From positions 867,029 through 931,028 of the forward strand of contig CAWGCY010000004.1 in assembly GCA_963821225.1 (NCBI GenBank): a DNA stretch of 64,000 nucleotides, in the 5' to 3' direction. This document shows, piece after piece, positions 58,759 through 64,000 of this stretch (the first letter of the stretch is position 1; every line of letters starts with the position of its first letter). The notes below the pieces were generated by a model. That model had not been told where the DNA came from and did no database searches. It was given only the letters and a program-made list of their open reading frames with translations. The position numbers and the translations under genes are program-made. This stretch comes from Thermoanaerobaculia bacterium (GTDB lineage Bacteria; Acidobacteriota; Thermoanaerobaculia; UBA5066).

Positions 58759-61638
58759 ATGATCGGGACGTCTCTCTCCCACTACCGGATCCTCGAGAAG
58801 ATCGGCGAGGGCGGCATGGGTGTCGTCTACCGCGCTCTCGACACCCGCCTGGACCGCGCGGTCGCCATCAAGCTGCTTCGGCCGGACACCGTCGGGGACC
58901 CCGAACGAAAGTGGCGCTTCGTGCGCGAAGCGAAGGCCGCCTCGGCCCTGAATCACCCGCACATCGTCACGATCCACGACATCGATTCCGACGGAGGGGT
59001 CGACTTCATCGTCATGGAATACGTCGAGGGAACTCCTCTCGACCGGATCATTCGGAAGGAGGGCCTGCAGGTTCAAGAGGCGATCGACTACGGCGACCAG
59101 ATCTCCTCGGCGCTCGGTGCCGCACACGCAGCCGGCATCGTCCACCGCGACGTGAAGCCGGCCAACGTCATCGTCGGACGGGGGGCACGCGTCAAGGTTC
59201 TCGATTTCGGCCTCGCCAAGCTCGTCGAGCGGGATGCCGGTGGCCTGCTCGTGACGTCCGACTCGACCGCGACGGCCGCGTCCCTCGTGGAGCGCACGCG
59301 GCAAGGAGCGATCCTGGGCACGGTCGCGTACATGTCGCCGGAGCAGGCGGATGGACGGCCGGTGGACGCGCGCTCCGACGTCTTTTCTCTGGGCGCCGTG
59401 CTCTACGAGATGCTCGCCGGCCGCCGGCCGTTCGAGGGGGACTCTCATCTCCAGACCTTGACGGCGATCCTCCGCGATTCTCCGCCGCCGATCCGGTCGG
59501 TGCGTCCGGACGTTCCCGTAAAGCTCGAGCGGATCGTGAGCCGCTGCCTCGAGAAGCGTCCCGAGGACCGCTTCCCCTCAGCCGGCGAGGTCGAGGAGGA
59601 GCTCGCTGAGCTGAAGAGGGCCGGGGCCGCATCGATTGCGCGAGGCCGGTCGCCGCTCGCGAGTCCGGGATTCCTCATCCCCGTCCTCTCTCTCGTCCTC
59701 CTCGCCGGCGGCGTCGCTGCGTGGCGAGTCGTACGCGCCTCCCGTCTGCAGCGCGTCCGCGACGTGACGCTGCCCGAGATCTCGCGGCTCGTCGATCAGG
59801 AGAAGTTCGGCGCCGCCATTCGTCTCGCCCGGCAAGCGGAGCGTGATGTCCCCGAGGACGTCGCGCGGCTGCGCCGCGAGAACTGGAGCGCGTTCCCGAT
59901 AGCGACCGAGCCGCCGGGTGCAGAAGTCTCGTTCAAGCCCTATCTGGACGTTTCTCTCGACTGGATTCCGGCCGGGAAGACACCCCTCGAGATCCGGCTG
60001 CCCTTTGCTTACTACCGGTTGAAGATCACGATGAAGGGTTTTCAGACGGTCGAGGCGACGACGCAGCCTGCAGGTCTGACGCTTCGGCTGGACCCCAAAT
60101 CGGCCGTGCCGGCCGGCATGGTCCGCGTCCCGGGCGGACCCTTCAACTTGCGCAGCCTGAGCGCCGTGACCCTGGACGATTTCTGGCTGGACAAGCACGA
60201 GGTCACGAACCGCCAGTTCAAGGAGTTCGTGGACGCGGGCGGATACATCAAAAGCCAGTACTGGAAGCAGCCGTTCATTCGCGGAGGCCGGGAGATCCCG
60301 TTCGAGGAAGCCGTCGGGCGGTTCCGCGACGTCACGGGCCGGCCGGGTCCCGCCACGTGGGAGCTCGGGAGCTTTCCGGAGGGGCGCGAAAACTTACCTG
60401 TGGACGGCGTGAGTTGGTACGAGGCCGCGGCCTATGCCGAGTACGCCGGCAAGAGTCTTCCGACGGTCTACCACTGGTACAAGGCCGCTGGCATCGGCAT
60501 CTTCTCGGAGATCCTGCGCCTGTCGAATTTCAGCGGGAAGGGTCCGGCGCCCGCCGGGACCTATCAGGGCTTGAGCCCGTTCGGGAACTACGACATGGCG
60601 GGAAACGTCAAGGAGTGGTGCTGGAACGAGACCGACCGCCGCCGGTACATCCTCGGCGGCGCCTCGACGGAGCCGAACTACATGTTCCGCGAACCGGACG
60701 CGCAGGATCCCTTCGATCGGTCGGCGGGCTACGGGTTCCGCTGCGTCCGGTATGCCAGTCCGCCTTCCGACGCGCTCCTGGCCTCCATCCCCGCAATGAC
60801 CCGCGATTACAACAAGGAACAGCCGGTCGCCGACGACGTGTTCCGCACGTACAAGAGCCTCTACGCGTACGACCGCACACCTCTCGACGCAAGGATCGAG
60901 GTTGCGGAGGAGGACTTCCCCTACTGGCGAAGGCAGAAGGTCAGCTTTCTGGCGGCCTACGGCAACGAGAGAGTCCCCGCCTTTCTCTTCCTGCCGAAAA
61001 ACGCCCGGCCGCCCTACCAGACCGTCGTCTACTTTCCGAGCACCCAGGCGGTGAACACCCGGTCGAGCGCGGACATGGACATGCAGGACGTCGATTTCGT
61101 CATCCGGAGCGGCCGCGCGCTTTGCTATCCGGTTTACAAGGACACGTACGAACGGCACGTCGAGAGGGCGGCGTCGGGCCCGAACTTCTATCGTGATCGC
61201 GTGATTGAATGGTCGAGGGACCTGGGGCGAACGCTCGACTTCCTGGAGACCCGGCCGGACGTCGACCGCAACCGCCTCGCGTTCTACGGCCAGAGCCTCG
61301 GCGCGATCGACGGTGTCAACCTCGTCGCCGTCGAGGACCGCTTCAAGACGGCCGTTTTCATATCGGGAGGATTCCGGCTGGTCCGCTCGCCGCCCGAGAT
61401 CGAGCCGATCAACTTCGCCCCGCGCGTCAGGATTCCGGTTCTTCTCGTCACCGGGCGATACGATTTCGCGCACCCTTACGAGACGGCGCAGCTTCCGATG
61501 TTCCGGCTCCTCGGGACTCCGGAGAAAGACAAGCGCCACTCCGTCTTCGAAAGCGGCCACGTCCTGCCGAGGACCCCGGCCCTCATCAAGGAAATCCTAG
61601 ACTGGCTGGACAAGTACCTGGGGCCGGTGAACCGGTAA
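58759..61638 (+). CDS. Ser/Thr kinase - TM - FGE/SUMF1-like domain - alpha/beta hydrolase fusion
   Basis: IGEGGMGVVY, HRDVKPANV, DFGLAK, YMSPEQ; TM; EVTNRQFKEF, PVDGVSWYEA, YDMAGNVKEW, GFRC; GQSLG, GRYD, SGH. Confidence 0.88.
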   Translation: MIGTSLSHYRILEKIGEGGMGVVYRALDTRLDRAVAIKLLRPDTVGDPERKWRFVREAKAASALNHPHIVTIHDIDSDGGVDFIVMEYVEGTPLDRIIRKEGLQVQEAIDYGDQISSALGAAHAAGIVHRDVKPANVIVGRGARVKVLDFGLAKLVERDAGGLLVTSDSTATAASLVERTRQGAILGTVAYMSPEQADGRPVDARSDVFSLGAVLYEMLAGRRPFEGDSHLQTLTAILRDSPPPIRSVRPDVPVKLERIVSRCLEKRPEDRFPSAGEVEEELAELKRAGAASIARGRSPLASPGFLIPVLSLVLLAGGVAAWRVVRASRLQRVRDVTLPEISRLVDQEKFGAAIRLARQAERDVPEDVARLRRENWSAFPIATEPPGAEVSFKPYLDVSLDWIPAGKTPLEIRLPFAYYRLKITMKGFQTVEATTQPAGLTLRLDPKSAVPAGMVRVPGGPFNLRSLSAVTLDDFWLDKHEVTNRQFKEFVDAGGYIKSQYWKQPFIRGGREIPFEEAVGRFRDVTGRPGPATWELGSFPEGRENLPVDGVSWYEAAAYAEYAGKSLPTVYHWYKAAGIGIFSEILRLSNFSGKGPAPAGTYQGLSPFGNYDMAGNVKEWCWNETDRRRYILGGASTEPNYMFREPDAQDPFDRSAGYGFRCVRYASPPSDALLASIPAMTRDYNKEQPVADDVFRTYKSLYAYDRTPLDARIEVAEEDFPYWRRQKVSFLAAYGNERVPAFLFLPKNARPPYQTVVYFPSTQAVNTRSSADMDMQDVDFVIRSGRALCYPVYKDTYERHVERAASGPNFYRDRVIEWSRDLGRTLDFLETRPDVDRNRLAFYGQSLGAIDGVNLVAVEDRFKTAVFISGGFRLVRSPPEIEPINFAPRVRIPVLLVTGRYDFAHPYETAQLPMFRLLGTPEKDKRHSVFESGHVLPRTPALIKEILDWLDKYLGPVNR

Positions 61639-61725
61639 GCGGCGGGAGACCGCCCGTCCAAATCCTGAGACGCACTGTCAAGGTATTGCTCTTGCAACGT
61701 GCGTGCGCCGACAGGAGATGTGACC

Positions 61726-62412
61726 TTGAAACGACTTCGCGTCGTCGTTCTCGCCATTGGTGTCTTCGCCGGACCGCTTCGTGCCGAGCAGGCTCCGGCC
61801 GTGCGGCTGCGGCAGATGAACGAGACGCCGTTCTCGCTCGAGTCCCTCAAGGGAAACGTCGTCGTCCTCGACTTCTGGGCGCCGTGGTGCGTGCCGTGCC
61901 GGACGAGCTTCCCGGCGCTAGACGCCCTCCAGCGGAAATACGAAAAACAGGGGTTGCGCGTCCTCGGCCTCACGCTCGAGGCGAACGACGACGCGATCAT
62001 CGCGTTCCTGAACGCCGTGCCCGTCGACTTCACGATCCTGAGGGACGCGTCCGGGCAGGCCGGCGAGGCCTTCAACGTCGTCGCGATGCCGACGACGTTC
62101 GTCCTCGACCGGCAGGGGCGCATCGCGGCGCGCTTCGAGGGCGGCGGGGCGGCCGTGCACGCGAAGGTGGAGGCCGCGGTCGTGACGCTCCTCGCGGGCG
62201 GGACGCTCGGCGCGGACGCGGGCGTCCACGTGGCCCATTCCGTCCGGGCGACGGGCGGCGTCAAGGCCTGGCAGCGCGGCTACCTCGCGGACCCGATCAT
62301 GAATCTCGACGGCGACAAGCTCACTCAGGTCCTGCGCGAGCACATCCACGCGAGCAAGGAAGCGGCCGCCGGCAACGGCGGAGCAGCGGGAGGCGGATGT
62401 GGCTGCAACTGA
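61726..62412 (+). CDS. TlpA-family thioredoxin fused to a DUF4266 domain
   Basis: AGGAG SD 8 nt before TTG 61726; signal peptide; DFWAPWCVPC, MPT; tail VKAWQRGYLADPIM...SKEAAAG...GGGCGCN. Confidence 0.85.
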   Translation: MKRLRVVVLAIGVFAGPLRAEQAPAVRLRQMNETPFSLESLKGNVVVLDFWAPWCVPCRTSFPALDALQRKYEKQGLRVLGLTLEANDDAIIAFLNAVPVDFTILRDASGQAGEAFNVVAMPTTFVLDRQGRIAARFEGGGAAVHAKVEAAVVTLLAGGTLGADAGVHVAHSVRATGGVKAWQRGYLADPIMNLDGDKLTQVLREHIHASKEAAAGNGGAAGGGCGCN

Positions 62413-63637
62413 GCGCGCTCTCCGCCGGGCTCTTCGCCGTGCCCGACGCCGCGCCCGCGGGGACTCGCGCCGCCCATCCTTCCCGCTCCTGGCGGCCGGC
62501 GCCGGAGCGCTCGCGGCGCACGGGGCGCAGGCGCAGTCTCAGATCGACGCGCGGCTGCTCTTCTACAAGGAGTCGGGCGGAAGGACGGAAGTCATCAACC
62601 CGTTCGTCAACGTCCACAACGACCTCGGCGACGCATGGGGGACGCTCGACCTTCTCCTCGGCTACGACACGATCTCGGGCGCTTCGCCGACGGGCGGCTA
62701 TCCGTCGGTGGACGTGACGACGTCGGCTTCCGGCCGCACGACGGCGGGCGGCAACCTCCCGCAGGCCTCGTACAACGATCAGCGCAAATCGGTTGGCCTC
62801 GCCTGGGGCCGGAAGTTCGGGTCGCAGGTGCCCTCGATCGACGTGTCGTACTCGAAAGAGAACGACTACACGGCCCGGAGCTTCGGCCTGTCGGACGCGT
62901 GGACGTTCGCGGGCGGGCGCGGAACGCTGCACGGCGGCCTGAATTTCGCGAGCGACATCGTCGCCCCGGTCACGAACAGCCTCCAACTGCCGAAGAAGGA
63001 GCAGGGCTACGCGCTCGGCTGGACGTGGATCCTCGACGAGCGGAACCTCTTCGACCTTTCGGCCTCGCTCATGAAGCTCTCGGGCTACCTCGACGACCCT
63101 TACAAGATCGTTCCGGTCGGAACGCCCGACAACTTCGTCGAGATGCCGGACCACCGCCCCGACAGACGCCAGCGCCGGACCGTCGTCGGGAAGTACGGGC
63201 ACTACTACCTCTGGGGCGGCGCGCTCAAGGCGACGTACCGCTATTACTGGGACGACTGGTCGGTGAAGGCGCACACGCTCGAGGTCGTTTACGACCACCG
63301 TTTGAACGAGGACTGGCTCGTCTCGCCGACCGTGCGCCTCTACACGCAGACGGCCGCCTCCTTCTGGGGGAACTCGTTCGTTGCGAAGCGGGAGTTCATG
63401 TCGGCGGACTACCGCCTCGCGGCGTTCTCGAGCATCCTCGGCGGTCTTGCGGTCACGCACAAGGTGAGCGACTCGCTCGACGTGAACCTCGGATTCACGC
63501 TTCAGTCGCAGGCCGGCAGGGATTCGATCACGGTCTCGAAGGCCGCGACGAAGGCGAGCCCGGCGGGCTCCGCGACGGTCTCGGCCGCGGATCTCTCCGT
63601 CACGACGATCTCCGCCGGCTTCACGTGGCGCTACTGA
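62399..63637 (+). CDS. DUF3570 family outer-membrane beta-barrel protein
   Basis: GTG overlaps the GCGCN end; DTISGAS, YSKENDY, GYLDDPY, RYYWDDW, RLYTQTAA, ADYRL; aromatic C-terminus. Confidence 0.85.
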   Translation: MAATERALRRALRRARRRARGDSRRPSFPLLAAGAGALAAHGAQAQSQIDARLLFYKESGGRTEVINPFVNVHNDLGDAWGTLDLLLGYDTISGASPTGGYPSVDVTTSASGRTTAGGNLPQASYNDQRKSVGLAWGRKFGSQVPSIDVSYSKENDYTARSFGLSDAWTFAGGRGTLHGGLNFASDIVAPVTNSLQLPKKEQGYALGWTWILDERNLFDLSASLMKLSGYLDDPYKIVPVGTPDNFVEMPDHRPDRRQRRTVVGKYGHYYLWGGALKATYRYYWDDWSVKAHTLEVVYDHRLNEDWLVSPTVRLYTQTAASFWGNSFVAKREFMSADYRLAAFSSILGGLAVTHKVSDSLDVNLGFTLQSQAGRDSITVSKAATKASPAGSATVSAADLSVTTISAGFTWRY

Positions 63638-64000
63638 GCGACGGCGAGGGTCCCGCCCTCTACACGACGCGCTTCGCCCTCATGGGCGGGCGCGCCGTCG
63701 TGCGCTTCGTCGACTGCCGTGGACGCGCAGCCGCCGAGGCGCTCGCGCGGGCCGTCGAGAACGAGGCGCTCCGCGTCGAGGTGAAATTCTCACGCTTCCT
63801 CGAGACGAGCGTCGTCTCGGCGATCAACCGCGACGCAGGCCGGACTCCCGTCGCCGTGGACGGCGAGACCGACTTTCTCGTCGGCGCCGCGCTGGAGCTC
63901 TGGAGAGAGTCCGGTGGCCGGTTCGACCCCACGGTCGGAGTTCTGAGGAAGGCATGGGACTTCAAGGCGCAGCGGGTCCCTTCTCGGGAAGAGGTCTCGG
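63625..64000 (+). CDS. apbE: FAD:protein FMN transferase (3' end runs off the window)
   Basis: Hand translation: FALMGG...VEVKFSRFLETSVVSAINRDAG..PVAVD...SGGRFDPTVG...WDF. Start uncertain; absent from the ORF track because it has no stop in the window. Confidence 0.85.
   Translation, partial: MALLSDGEGPALYTTRFALMGGRAVVRFVDCRGRAAAEALARAVENEALRVEVKFSRFLETSVVSAINRDAGRTPVAVDGETDFLVGAALELWRESGGRFDPTVGVLRKAWDFKAQRVPSREEVS

Overview
A very GC-rich (visually about 70%), densely coding bacterial chromosome segment with about 50 genes. It comes from a diderm organism (FadL-type and DUF3570 beta-barrels, a Pal/OmpA lipoprotein). The gene repertoire suggests Acidobacteriota, which is an inference. I found no rRNA, tRNA, CRISPR array, transposase, integrase or prophage. 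Housekeeping content: gcvT-gcvH-gcvPA-gcvPB, efp, a UvrD/PcrA helicase, phoH-ybeY-CBS/CNNM-era, a MacAB-like ABC exporter, and S9, M20 and M23 peptidases. Main highlights: (1) four adjacent GT-C-like polytopic membrane proteins from three sequence types that all end in the same ~110-aa 'SIDxP...RGW...PRxDV...GD...YP' module, next to a methyltransferase with three DUF4214-like repeats. This is the best candidate for an undescribed envelope glycosylation system. (2) A fused DAK2-DegV (FakAB-like) fatty-acid kinase next to a FadL barrel and a secreted SGNH lipase. (3) A selD that reads through an in-frame UGA (selenocysteine) followed by a SECIS-like hairpin, which the ORF track truncates. (4) A TlpA-DUF4266 fusion, DUF3570 and ApbE flavinylation cluster. 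(5) At least 12 genes with a TANNNT -10 box 6-10 nt before the start codon and no Shine-Dalgarno, suggesting leaderless transcripts. (6) phoH apparently starting at ATC. (7) EF-P with Asn at the loop tip. Two neighbouring genes each carry a +1 frameshift, possibly assembly errors. All family assignments come from motif recognition by eye; no database search was run.
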